64,000 bases of DNA from Patescibacteria group bacterium (GTDB taxonomy: Bacteria; Patescibacteriota; Microgenomatia; UBA8517): NCBI GenBank assembly GCA_018823885.1, contig JAHJHG010000009.1, positions 151,751-215,750 of the forward strand, in the 5' to 3' direction. The translations under genes and the position numbers were made by a program. Under the pieces are notes generated by a model, which saw only the letters and a program-made list of their open reading frames with translations, had not been told where the DNA came from and made no database searches. Each line of letters opens with the position of its first letter. Position 1 is the first letter of the stretch. Positions 1 through 9,237 of this stretch are shown piece after piece.

Positions 1-1076
1 CCAGCCTGCGTAATGTTATTGAGAGAAGAGTAAACCTTTTTGGTGTTTCAGAACCTAATGTTCAGTCTTCTTCATTTGAAGATAAGGATAGGATAATAGT
101 TGAGCTTCCCGGAGTTAAAGATACGGAAGAAGCAGTGGGCATTATTGGTAAAACTGCCCAACTGGTATTTGCTGAGTTAAGTGATGAAGAAGGAGGGGGT
201 TTAATTCCTACGGAGTTAACTGGTGCGTTCTTAAAAGATGCAAGTGTTGTTTTTGATAGAAATGTCGGTAAGCCAGCTGTGTCAATTGAGTTCACTCAAG
301 AAGGCTCAGAACTGTTTGCAGAAATTACCGGAAGAAATGTTGGTAAGCCACTAGCAATAGTATTAGATAATATGCCGGTTTCGGCACCCATGGTTCAGGA
401 ACAAATAGTGGGTGGTTCGGCCCAGATTACTGGAGAGTTTACTCAAGAGCAGGCCAGAGATTTAGCCATTCAGCTTAATGCTGGAGCCCTTCCCCTTAAT
501 ATAGAACTTATTGAACAAAGGACTGTAGGAGCTACTTTGGGAGGAGAATCTGTTGAAAGGAGCATTAAGGCAGGACTTGTAGGCTTATTAATGGTTCTTA
601 TCTTTATGGTTCTAGCCTATGGGAAATTAGGCTTCTACGCTGATTTAGCCTTGGTTGTTTTTGGGGTTTTAACCCTAGCCTTATACAAGTTAATACCAAT
701 AGTACTCACCCTGCCTGGTATTGCTGGATTTTTACTTTCCGTGGGTATGGCCGTGGATTCAAATATTCTAATTTTTGAGAGGTTTAAGGAGGAAAAGAAG
801 AGGCGTGATTATGCCAACGCATTAGAGATTTCCTTTGGAAGAGCCTGGGATTCAATTAGGGATGCAAATATAGCCACCTTGGTCACGGCGTTTATCTTAG
901 CCAATCCCCTCGATCTCTCTTTTCTTCACACTTCGGGTCCAGTGAGAGGTTTTGCTATCACTCTGGCCTTGGGAATCGGTATCAGTTTGTTTACAGGTAT
1001 AGTTGTTACCAGAAACCTACTTAGGGTGTTTGTTAGGGAAGGAAGAGAGGAAAAGGGAAAGGAAGGTAAAAAATAA
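1..1076 (+). CDS. secD: Protein translocase subunit SecD (5'-truncated by window edge)
   Basis: Frame is open from the window start (LRNVIERRVNLFGVSEP). Motifs LAIVLD, LNAGALP, GMAVDSNILIFER. Directly upstream of secF. Confidence 0.97.
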   Translation, partial: SLRNVIERRVNLFGVSEPNVQSSSFEDKDRIIVELPGVKDTEEAVGIIGKTAQLVFAELSDEEGGGLIPTELTGAFLKDASVVFDRNVGKPAVSIEFTQEGSELFAEITGRNVGKPLAIVLDNMPVSAPMVQEQIVGGSAQITGEFTQEQARDLAIQLNAGALPLNIELIEQRTVGATLGGESVERSIKAGLVGLLMVLIFMVLAYGKLGFYADLALVVFGVLTLALYKLIPIVLTLPGIAGFLLSVGMAVDSNILIFERFKEEKKRRDYANALEISFGRAWDSIRDANIATLVTAFILANPLDLSFLHTSGPVRGFAITLALGIGISLFTGIVVTRNLLRVFVREGREEKGKEGKK

Positions 1077-1981
1077 TGATTAATTGGTTGAAATACAAAA
1101 AAATATATTTCACTGTTTCCGCGATCTTAATTGCGGTTTCTATCTATTCTCTTGTCACTTGGGGCTTAAAGCTGGGAGTTGATTTTAGAGGCGGGACAAT
1201 CATTGAGTATAAATTTGCCAACCAATTTTCAACAGAAGAGGTTATTAAAGAGATAGAAGAGAAAGGATTAGAAGTTACTTCAGTTCAACAAACAGGCGAT
1301 GATACTTATTTGTTTAAATTGCCTCCGATTAATACTGAAGACAAGATAACTATTGAAGGGGTGCTCCTAAATGTTACCAATGCGGAAGAAGAAACGGATG
1401 TGGATGAATTAAGATTTGAGACAGTTGGCCCTTCTGTTGGTCCGGAACTTATTAAAAAAACAGTCTATGCCATTCTGATTGCGGCAGGAGCAATGCTTCT
1501 TTGGATTGCTTATCAGTTCAAGAGTTTTAAATTTGGAGTATCAGCCATTCTAGCCATGTTCCATGACAGCTTCATCTTAATTGGCTCTTTTGCCATCCTA
1601 GGCCATTTCATGTCTGCCGAGATTGATTTCCTTTTTGTTACTGCTCTTCTGACTACTCTTTCGTTCTCGGTTCATGACACGATTGTTGTTTTTGACAGAA
1701 TTAGGGAAATTAAGAAAACACAAGGGGGAGAGATGGTTGATGTTGCTAATAGAGCCTTAACGGAAACAATGGTCAGGAGTTTGAATAATTCCTTCACCAT
1801 TGCCTTCATGTTGATGGCCCTACTTCTTTTGGGTGGAACAACAGTTAAATGGTTTGCAGCGGCACTATTAATAGGAACAATACTAGGAACATATTCTTCT
1901 CCTTTTGTGGCTACACCCCTTCTTATCAGTTGGGATGGGGTTGGTGAAAGAATCAAGTCGATAAAAATAATGAGAAAGTAA
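1076..1981 (+). CDS. secF: Protein translocase subunit SecF
   Basis: LGVDFRGG, FETVGPSVG, SVHDTIVVFDRIRE motifs; start overlaps the secD stop. Confidence 0.97.
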   Translation: MINWLKYKKIYFTVSAILIAVSIYSLVTWGLKLGVDFRGGTIIEYKFANQFSTEEVIKEIEEKGLEVTSVQQTGDDTYLFKLPPINTEDKITIEGVLLNVTNAEEETDVDELRFETVGPSVGPELIKKTVYAILIAAGAMLLWIAYQFKSFKFGVSAILAMFHDSFILIGSFAILGHFMSAEIDFLFVTALLTTLSFSVHDTIVVFDRIREIKKTQGGEMVDVANRALTETMVRSLNNSFTIAFMLMALLLLGGTTVKWFAAALLIGTILGTYSSPFVATPLLISWDGVGERIKSIKIMRK

Positions 1982-2189
1982 GGGAAACAAGAAATTTCAG
2001 ATCACGACTACGCCGTGAACGTTGTCTTATAAGCGTTGGGAAAGGATTGCGTAGAACTAGCAAACGTTAAAAAAGATTGCTAATTCTCCCAAGCGATTGA
2101 GAAAGAAAAGAAGTCAAAAGAGTAAAAATTTAGTGGATATTGCGCAAGGACTTTAAATTTGACATTATTATATAGAGAAGTGATAATAC

Positions 2190-2468
2190 ATGACCGCCCA
2201 GTCTAAAATGACACTATCAAGGTTTAATGTTGTTTTTAACTTGCCCACTAGATATATAACCGTTAATAAAAAAATATCAGGCGGACAACCCCTTTTGAGA
2301 GGCACTAGAGTCCCAGTTGATTTAATATTCGACTTCATTGTTAAAGGATGGAGCATAGGAGAACTTCCTGCACATTTTCCTGGAATAGACACTTCTTTGG
2401 TTGAAAAACTTGTACGATATCGTTCCATCGAATCCTCACGAGATGAACTCAAAGAGAAAAGAAAATAA
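2190..2468 (+). CDS. DUF433-family putative antitoxin
   Basis: ISGGQPLLRGTRVPV matches the DUF433 signature (GxPxIxGTRVPV). Upstream TTGACA at 2159. Confidence 0.8.
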   Translation: MTAQSKMTLSRFNVVFNLPTRYITVNKKISGGQPLLRGTRVPVDLIFDFIVKGWSIGELPAHFPGIDTSLVEKLVRYRSIESSRDELKEKRK

Positions 2469-2823
2469 AGGAACACTCGTTTGGGATGCAGGCGCATCAA
2501 GATTACTACAAGAAAGCGCACGAAATGCTGGATATAAGATAATAGCAGTTAATCCTCTTGATAAAACATCGGGTGATCGACTTATTGCTTCCAAATATGC
2601 ACAGGGTAGATTTCCCGTTGTAACTAGCGATAGGACTGCATGGAAAGAGATGCTTGTTGAGAAAGGAGCTACAGCCATTGTGTGTATCAAGAATCCCAGA
2701 AAAGAAGATTTTGGAATAATCAAAAAAAAGCTGGAATCATTTTTAAAGAAAAGCACAGCAAATAGTCTAAGGGGATATATTTGGACAGTTTCTGTAACCA
2801 AAGTTGATAAAAAGAAAATATAG
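2443..2823 (+). CDS. DUF5615/PIN-like putative toxin
   Basis: LVWDAG...SGDRLIA...VVTSDR resembles Mut7-C/VapC45-type PIN motifs. Overlaps the DUF433 gene; ATG 2443 preferred over TTG 2401. Confidence 0.6.
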   Translation: MNSKRKENKGTLVWDAGASRLLQESARNAGYKIIAVNPLDKTSGDRLIASKYAQGRFPVVTSDRTAWKEMLVEKGATAIVCIKNPRKEDFGIIKKKLESFLKKSTANSLRGYIWTVSVTKVDKKKI

Positions 2824-2971
2824 TCTTTTGTACCCTATGTATTTTACCCAGCCTATGATATTACATAGCTTTCATGAGTGTTACTATCATAAAACGAAAA
2901 ATGGGTGTCGCCCTCTCGGGCGCTCGCCGACTGATTGACCACCAAACAACCGATTTAAGGGGGTGAGTAGG

Positions 2972-3268
2972 ATGATTAAATTTAATTCAACACAAGAATT
3001 TACAAAAACCAATATAAAGAAATTGCCTACCAACAAAGCCATTATTTACAAAATAAAAGACAGCAAAGGCAAAAATATATATACTGGCATAGCTGGAAGA
3101 GGGGAAAGTCAAAATAGATTACTTGCTCACAAGGAATTAAAAAAGGATAAAATTCCAGGAGCGAGTAAATTTCAAATTAAACAGGTTAAAAATAAGGATA
3201 TTGCCAGAAGAAGTGAGAAACAAATAATCAAGAGCGAAAGACCTAAATTTAATAAACAAGATAAATAA
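2972..3268 (+). CDS. Small GIY-YIG nuclease-family protein
   Basis: AIIYKI...IYTGIAG...RLLAH...E...PKFN pattern; GGGGTGA RBS before ATG 2972. Confidence 0.75.
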   Translation: MIKFNSTQEFTKTNIKKLPTNKAIIYKIKDSKGKNIYTGIAGRGESQNRLLAHKELKKDKIPGASKFQIKQVKNKDIARRSEKQIIKSERPKFNKQDK

Positions 3269-3353
3269 CCCAACACGAAAGCCATCTGCAAGTTATGGCG
3301 ATTGAATAAGATTATTAGTGTTATCTAAAAAAATAAAGAGTGGAGTGGAATTA

Positions 3354-4072
3354 ATGAATAAGAAGAAATTAAAAAAATAGAAAAGTATGGGAATAAATAT
3401 GTCAAAGAAATACTGGAAACCCAATACAATAATAAACAGAACCTTAGACGCAACTGGTATAAGGGATTGGAATTTTTTTTCTCAAAAAGCTTTTATAGAG
3501 GAAGAAAAGATGAAATATCTGATGTATTTCAACAAAGAGCACTGGAAACAATTAAGGAATTTGACTTAAAAAAGAATATTGGAAAGTTTTCCTCTTCAAG
3601 TTTTACCAACTTACTTCAAAAAAACGGAGTAAATAACAATATGGATCGACGGATGGTTTGTGAAACGATCCAGTTAGTAAAAGGTGATGCTAATAAAAAT
3701 ATTGTTTCCTACTCGATCAATAAGATAAAAAAGGGAGAGGTTGGTGAAATTTATGAAGAATTGTGCAACATATATGGAATCGCAGATAAAATCGCATGTT
3801 TCTTTTTGAGAGATGTTTCTATTACTTTTAATTTAGATAAAATGATCGACGAAGAAGATTATAAATATTTTCAACCGATTGATACTTGGGTCAATCAAAC
3901 ATCCAGCAAGTTGGGGATCATCGGCCCAGAGTACAATAATGTTCAGGAAATCAAATCCAAAATTATAAACTCATGTCTTAATAACAAAGTATCACCTTTA
4001 CTGTTTAATGCTGGAGCTTGGTATGTAGGAAAACACGCATTTGACATCTTTTTTGAAGAACCATTTAGGTAA
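3354..4072 (+). CDS. HhH-GPD superfamily DNA glycosylase-like protein; N-terminus joined only via a -1 shift in an A7 tract
   Basis: HhH motif LCNIYGIADKIACFFL and PIDTWV. GGAG RBS and ATG at 3354 read MNKKKLKK-stop; the -1 frame is open from 3362 to 4072. Confidence 0.6.
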
Positions 4073-4121
4073 CCCCTATTTATACTGTTTCATTTGTCTC
4101 GTTTAGTTTTAATGTGAGACA

Positions 4122-4424
4122 ATGGTGTTAATGTTTTATACATATATCATACGCACGACGGGGAACACTTTGTACACAGGTCAAACAAATAACCTTAAGC
4201 GAAGAGTAGAGGAACACACAATCCACGGCAAGCGGGCTTCTAAGTATTTGAAATCATTTTTAGGTTGTAAGCTTGTTTACTATGAAATTTATCCTATCCG
4301 AAGCGAGGCAATGCGCCGAGAGGCTGAATTAAAGAATTGGTCTCATGATGAAAAGGAGGATCTTGTTAAACAGTGTCAATTTCCGCTGACAGAATTTAAT
4401 GTGGAACAAAAAGTTCCAATATAG
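4122..4424 (+). CDS. GIY-YIG nuclease (UPF0213/YhbQ-like)
   Basis: YTYII...LYTGQTNNLKRRVEEH...RSEAMRREAELK; start may be 4131. Confidence 0.9.
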   Translation: MVLMFYTYIIRTTGNTLYTGQTNNLKRRVEEHTIHGKRASKYLKSFLGCKLVYYEIYPIRSEAMRREAELKNWSHDEKEDLVKQCQFPLTEFNVEQKVPI

Positions 4425-4544
4425 TCCCAGATGGTCAGCCCAATTAGGCACCCTAGCGACCCAGGTGTCTAGAATAACCCGGAAGTTTTTGTTAAAACGC
4501 CAGTTAAAACCTCAAACATTCGTACCACATCCTCACTGTCCGGA
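4385..4544 (+). repeat. TCAGC-ending junction site (4408-4439, within imperfect hairpin 4385-4439) plus conserved element copy A (4436-4544)
   Basis: 4408-4439 matches 23224-23255 at 27/32 nt. 4436-4544 aligns without gaps to 19300-19408 and, over its first 86 nt, to 20857-20942. Confidence 0.85.
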
Positions 4545-4586
4545 AATTTCTATTAAAAATGGTAAAATTGATCGAAACAATCAATA

Positions 4587-7556
4587 ATGATGGAAAATAC
4601 TGTTAAAAACTATATTCAGTCAATCTCCTCAAAATTCTCTTACGAGGAAACTAGCGAGATGGGGTATCGTACTGATTTTGAAATATTGCTTAAAGAAATT
4701 TTCAAATCAATCAAGGTTACTCGCTTTGATCATGATGCGAGAGCCAGACAGGGCAATAAACCGGATTTTGTTGTAGTTAACAATAGCGTGCCTATTTTGT
4801 ATATAGAAACGAAAGATATTGGAAAGTCTCTAGATAAAGTTGAGAAATCAGAACAAATGACCAGATATTTTGGGTATGCCAATCTTGTTCTCACAGATTA
4901 CACAGAGTTTCGTTTTTACAGAAACGGTATTAATTATGGTGAGCCAATAAAAATTGCGGATTATGATATAAAAGATCGAACAATCACTCCGAACCCGAAA
5001 AATTATGAATACCTAGCAAAAACCCTACTTGATTTTACTAAGTCCCACAAAGAACCAATCCGTTCGGGTAAGCACCTTTCAAGAATTATGGGTGGCAAAG
5101 CTCAGAGAATTCGTGATAACACACGCCACTTTTTCTCCAATGGGTCGAAAAAAGATACAGATCTTGTCAAATTGTTTGAAACCTTTAAAAAACTTCTCTT
5201 ACATGATCTGACACCAGACTCTTTCGCTGACATGTATGCACAGACTCTTGTATATGGTCTTTTTGTCGCGCGCTATCACGATAAAACACTTGGTAATTTT
5301 TCAAGACAAGAAGCTCGTGAGCTCATCCCAAATTCCAATCCTCTTTTGCGTCACTTTTTCGATCATATAGTTGGAGCAGATTTTGATAAACGACTTAAAT
5401 ACATTGTTGATGAGTTGTGTGAGGTATTCTCACATGCCGACGTAGCCAAACTCATGGAGGAATATTTCAAGGAAGATTCCCAAAATGGACAAAAAGGCCC
5501 AGATCCAGTTATCCATTTTTATGAGGATTTTTTAAAGAAGTATGATCCAGATTTAAGAAAAAAGATGGGAGCTTACTACACTCCACAACCTATTGTGCAA
5601 TTTATCGTTTGCTCAATCGACTATTTACTCAAAAAAGAATTCGGACTTTCAACTGGCCTTGCTGATACTTCAAAAACGACAGATAATATTCATCGCGTTC
5701 AGATTCTTGATCCGGCAGTGGGAACAGGAACATTTATCAGTGCAGTTATCAGAACAATTTATAAGAGACTATTAAAAAAAGGGCAAAAGGGACGATGGCC
5801 TGCATATGTCCACAATGACTTGCTTCCACGCCTGCACGGTTTTGAGATAATGATGGCTCCATATACAATAGCCCATTTAAAATTAGGTATTGATTTTAGA
5901 AAGACTGGATTTTGGGATTTCCATCGTCGTTTGGGTATTTATCTTACTAATTCACTAGAGGAAAGTAGTATCCAACAGCAAGATTTATTTGCATTTGGTT
6001 TGGCAGAAAGTATCGCTGAAGAATCAAAAGAGGCATCAGTCATTAAGAACAAAACTCCAATTATGGTTGTAATTGGCAATCCACCTTATAGTGTTAGTTC
6101 ATCAAATGTAAATGCATATACAAAGAAATTAATAGAAGTATATAAAAGAGGCTTAAATTTAAGAAATACACAACCGTTATCTGATGATTATATTAAGTTT
6201 ATAAGATTGGCTGAAGTTTTAATAAATAAAAATAAAAGTGGAATAGTTGCGTATATTTCAAACAGATCTTTCTTGGAGGGTATTATCCATAAATCAATGA
6301 GAGCGTCACTTCTTGGTTCGTTTGATGATATATACATTGTTGACTTAAACGGTGATGCGACAATCAATCAAACAAGAGATAATCCTGATAATGATCAAAA
6401 TGTTTTTGATATAAAACAAGGTGTAGCAATATCAATTTTTGTGAAAAAGGTAAATAGTGTTACAGAGAAAAAATTAAATTATTTTAGTGTTCGTGGCAGT
6501 CGATTATCAAAGTTTGATTTTTTAAGTAGCACAAAATTAAGTGATATTGATTTTTCTGAACTCCAACCAAATTCAGAATTCAATTTTTTTGTTGAAAAAG
6601 ACTTAACTAATGATGAGTACGTAAAATTTATTTCTCTAGACGAAATATTTAATGTCCATTCAAGTGCAATAGCAACATCTGATGATAACAACTTGGTATC
6701 GTTTACAAAAAGAGACGAATATAAAATCCCGTTTTCGTACAGACCCTTTGATCAGAGATATATCAATTATGATTTGAAGAAAGTAAAAGGTAATCGTTAT
6801 AATCGTTTGGTTAAATTTTTAATAAATGAAGAATTTAGTGAACTTTTTGAAAATATAAGTTTGGCTTGCTCAAAAAATATCACAACAGAAAGTTTCTCTA
6901 GTGTTTTAGCTAGTAAATCACTTATTGAAAGGAAGTTTTGTGATTATTCAAGAGGCCCACATGTTTTTCCTCTTTACATATACAATGGCAAGGAATCACG
7001 TATCTCAAATGTGAACAATAATTTTACTGCTAATGTATCTCGAATAGTTGGTGATGTATATCCTGAAGATATTTTTGATTATATTTATGCAGTTTTATAC
7101 TCACCCAGCTACCGTGAGGAATACAGGGAATTTTTGAAAATTGATTTTCCAAGAATTCCATATCCTAAGAATAAAGAAGGTTTTAAAAAACTTGTTTCGC
7201 TCGGAAACGAATTAAGAGCACTTCATTTACTGGAATCGTCGAAGTTGAATCAATTCATTACTACTTATTCTATTGATGGGTCTAATATTGTAGAAGAAAC
7301 AAATTACCAAAATGGGAATGTTCGTATCAATGAAAATCAATATTTTGGGAATGTTCCAGAAATAGCCTGGAATTTTCATATCGGCGGGTATCGACCAGCT
7401 CAAAAATGGCTAAAAGATCGCAAAGGTCGAAAATTAATCAATAAAGACCTTGAACATTATCAGAAAATAATTGTTGTTTTGGTAGAGACGGTAAAGATTA
7501 TGGAAGAGATAGATAAATTTTACAATTTGGTAATAAGTTCCTCAAAAAGCCAATGA
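4587..7556 (+). CDS. Single-polypeptide restriction-modification enzyme (type IIG/ISP-like N6-adenine methyltransferase-endonuclease)
   Basis: N-terminal PD-(D/E)xK-like KPDF...YIETK; motif I ILDPAVGTGTF; motif IV GNPPY; type ISP-like C-terminus DIFDYIYAVLYSPSYR...DFPRIP. Confidence 0.9.
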   Translation: MMENTVKNYIQSISSKFSYEETSEMGYRTDFEILLKEIFKSIKVTRFDHDARARQGNKPDFVVVNNSVPILYIETKDIGKSLDKVEKSEQMTRYFGYANLVLTDYTEFRFYRNGINYGEPIKIADYDIKDRTITPNPKNYEYLAKTLLDFTKSHKEPIRSGKHLSRIMGGKAQRIRDNTRHFFSNGSKKDTDLVKLFETFKKLLLHDLTPDSFADMYAQTLVYGLFVARYHDKTLGNFSRQEARELIPNSNPLLRHFFDHIVGADFDKRLKYIVDELCEVFSHADVAKLMEEYFKEDSQNGQKGPDPVIHFYEDFLKKYDPDLRKKMGAYYTPQPIVQFIVCSIDYLLKKEFGLSTGLADTSKTTDNIHRVQILDPAVGTGTFISAVIRTIYKRLLKKGQKGRWPAYVHNDLLPRLHGFEIMMAPYTIAHLKLGIDFRKTGFWDFHRRLGIYLTNSLEESSIQQQDLFAFGLAESIAEESKEASVIKNKTPIMVVIGNPPYSVSSSNVNAYTKKLIEVYKRGLNLRNTQPLSDDYIKFIRLAEVLINKNKSGIVAYISNRSFLEGIIHKSMRASLLGSFDDIYIVDLNGDATINQTRDNPDNDQNVFDIKQGVAISIFVKKVNSVTEKKLNYFSVRGSRLSKFDFLSSTKLSDIDFSELQPNSEFNFFVEKDLTNDEYVKFISLDEIFNVHSSAIATSDDNNLVSFTKRDEYKIPFSYRPFDQRYINYDLKKVKGNRYNRLVKFLINEEFSELFENISLACSKNITTESFSSVLASKSLIERKFCDYSRGPHVFPLYIYNGKESRISNVNNNFTANVSRIVGDVYPEDIFDYIYAVLYSPSYREEYREFLKIDFPRIPYPKNKEGFKKLVSLGNELRALHLLESSKLNQFITTYSIDGSNIVEETNYQNGNVRINENQYFGNVPEIAWNFHIGGYRPAQKWLKDRKGRKLINKDLEHYQKIIVVLVETVKIMEEIDKFYNLVISSSKSQ

Positions 7557-7844
7557 GGTACCAAGGTTGACTGGAGGCTCTTTTAGCGGAATGGACCAGT
7601 TGTATTTTGCTCACAAAAACCTTCTGTTAAAGAAAGTTAGGCAGCGAGAAAATAGCAGAAATATGGAAATAACGACACAAGCTAAAGATGGCTATGAACA
7701 ACGTATTGGTTGGATAGAATTTAAAAACAAGGTAATGACAAAAGAGAAAATTCTATTGTACAACTGGTTGCTTTAACAAAGAGCTGGAACGATGGGGGAA
7801 GCAGGTGATCATTATTATGAAGGCACTTGGCAGATGGTTTGAAA

Positions 7845-9203
7845 TCATGAAACCTTTTGTTTAAGGTGGGCCAATAAAGCTTTTTTCTTGTTTGGAATTT
7901 TCTTTTCTTCAACTTCTTCAAAAAGTTGTTCTAATATTTCTCCTACTTTTGGTCCAGGTTTTAAGTTTAATTCCTTCATGACATCATTTCCTGATATTTT
8001 TAGATCATGAATGGTGAATGGTTGTTTTTGAACTTCAATTATTCTTTTTTTGAATTCTTCTAATCTCCACGAGGTTTCTCTGGCTCCACCACCCAGTCTG
8101 TCTCCTACTCTTAAATCAATCATGTCTTTAATGTTTTCTTTACCTACATTTTTAATAAATCTTCTTATTGCTTTGTCCGTTTGTTTTTCATCAACAGTGA
8201 ATTGATGCCACTGAACAAGAGTGATTAGCTTTTCTGATTGTTTTTTTGATAATTTCAATCTTTCAGCTATTCTTTTGGCAATCCTGGTACTGACAACCTC
8301 ATGGTTATAGAAAGTAATTGTTCCATTTTCTAGTTTTCTGTATGTTTGCGGCTTGCCAATATCATGAATTAAAGTAGCGAACCTAACGATAGGGTCAGTG
8401 CTTTTACAATGTTTTAGAGAAAGGAAACTATGCGTACCAACGTCATGAACGTGGTGTCTGCCCGGTGATTTTTGTTCTACGCCAAAAGTTTTTTCAAGTT
8501 CAGGAAGAATTTCTTCCAACAATCCAACTTCTCTAAAGATAATCATGCCTTCATATGGATTAGTAGAGGCAAGAATTTTAATTAATTCATCTTTTGCTCT
8601 TTCTTTGGCTATCTTGTTAATGAGTGGGGCATTTGTTTTTATTGCTTCGAGTGTTTCCTTTTCAATTTTAAAATTAAGTTCTGTGGCAATTCTCACTGCC
8701 CTCATCATACGCAGGGCATCTTCCGAGAATCTTTCTGAAGCTTCTCCCACGGCTCTAATGAGTTTCTTTTCTAGGTCTTTTTGACCATCGTAGGGATCAA
8801 TAAGTTCATACTCATCTTTCTTGCCCTTTTTTCTTTTAAGAGCCATGGCATTGATGGTGAAATCACGTCTTTTAAGGTCTTCTTCTAGTGTTTTTCCCCA
8901 AACGACCTTGTCTGGACGACGCTTGTCTGTATAGCCTGATTCGTGCCTAAAAGTGGTTATTTCATACGGATGGGGCGATGATTCATGACTAATACCGACA
9001 GTACCGAAGGTATTGTCATAGAAACCGTCTGGAAAAATCTTAAGAATCTCTTTTGGAGTAGCGTTGGTGGTGAAATCCCAGTCTTCAGCGCTCTTTTTCG
9101 TCAATAAATCACGCACGGCTCCTCCTACAAGATATATTTCAAATTCTGCTTTCTCGAATTTTTTTAGAATTTCTAATACGAATTTTGGTAGCTGGACATC
9201 CAC
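7845..9203 (-). CDS. cca: CCA tRNA nucleotidyltransferase (HD-domain type)
   Basis: LVGGAVRD, DWD, DLKRRDFTINAMA, EDALRMMRA, HDIGK. GTG start at 9203 inferred from a TATAAT just upstream. Confidence 0.93.
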   Translation of the reverse strand: MDVQLPKFVLEILKKFEKAEFEIYLVGGAVRDLLTKKSAEDWDFTTNATPKEILKIFPDGFYDNTFGTVGISHESSPHPYEITTFRHESGYTDKRRPDKVVWGKTLEEDLKRRDFTINAMALKRKKGKKDEYELIDPYDGQKDLEKKLIRAVGEASERFSEDALRMMRAVRIATELNFKIEKETLEAIKTNAPLINKIAKERAKDELIKILASTNPYEGMIIFREVGLLEEILPELEKTFGVEQKSPGRHHVHDVGTHSFLSLKHCKSTDPIVRFATLIHDIGKPQTYRKLENGTITFYNHEVVSTRIAKRIAERLKLSKKQSEKLITLVQWHQFTVDEKQTDKAIRRFIKNVGKENIKDMIDLRVGDRLGGGARETSWRLEEFKKRIIEVQKQPFTIHDLKISGNDVMKELNLKPGPKVGEILEQLFEEVEEKKIPNKKKALLAHLKQKVS

Positions 9204-9237
9204 TGCGCTACTATTATACTTCAAGAAAGGAGAACCA

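Noticed and set aside
2033-2095. Imperfect hairpin after secF
   Set aside because: Single copy with no match to the TCAGC family; cannot be told apart from a terminator or chance structure.
2830-2853. CCCAGCC after the PIN gene as another junction site
   Set aside because: Upstream blocks are out of register; support too weak.
3262-3300. Classical integron attC (ATAAC...GTTATGG)
   Set aside because: Too short, with no L-box complementarity; at most a remnant.
7567-7776. 69-aa ORF after the RM gene
   Set aside because: No motifs and a weak TTG start; possibly a gene fragment, not supportable.
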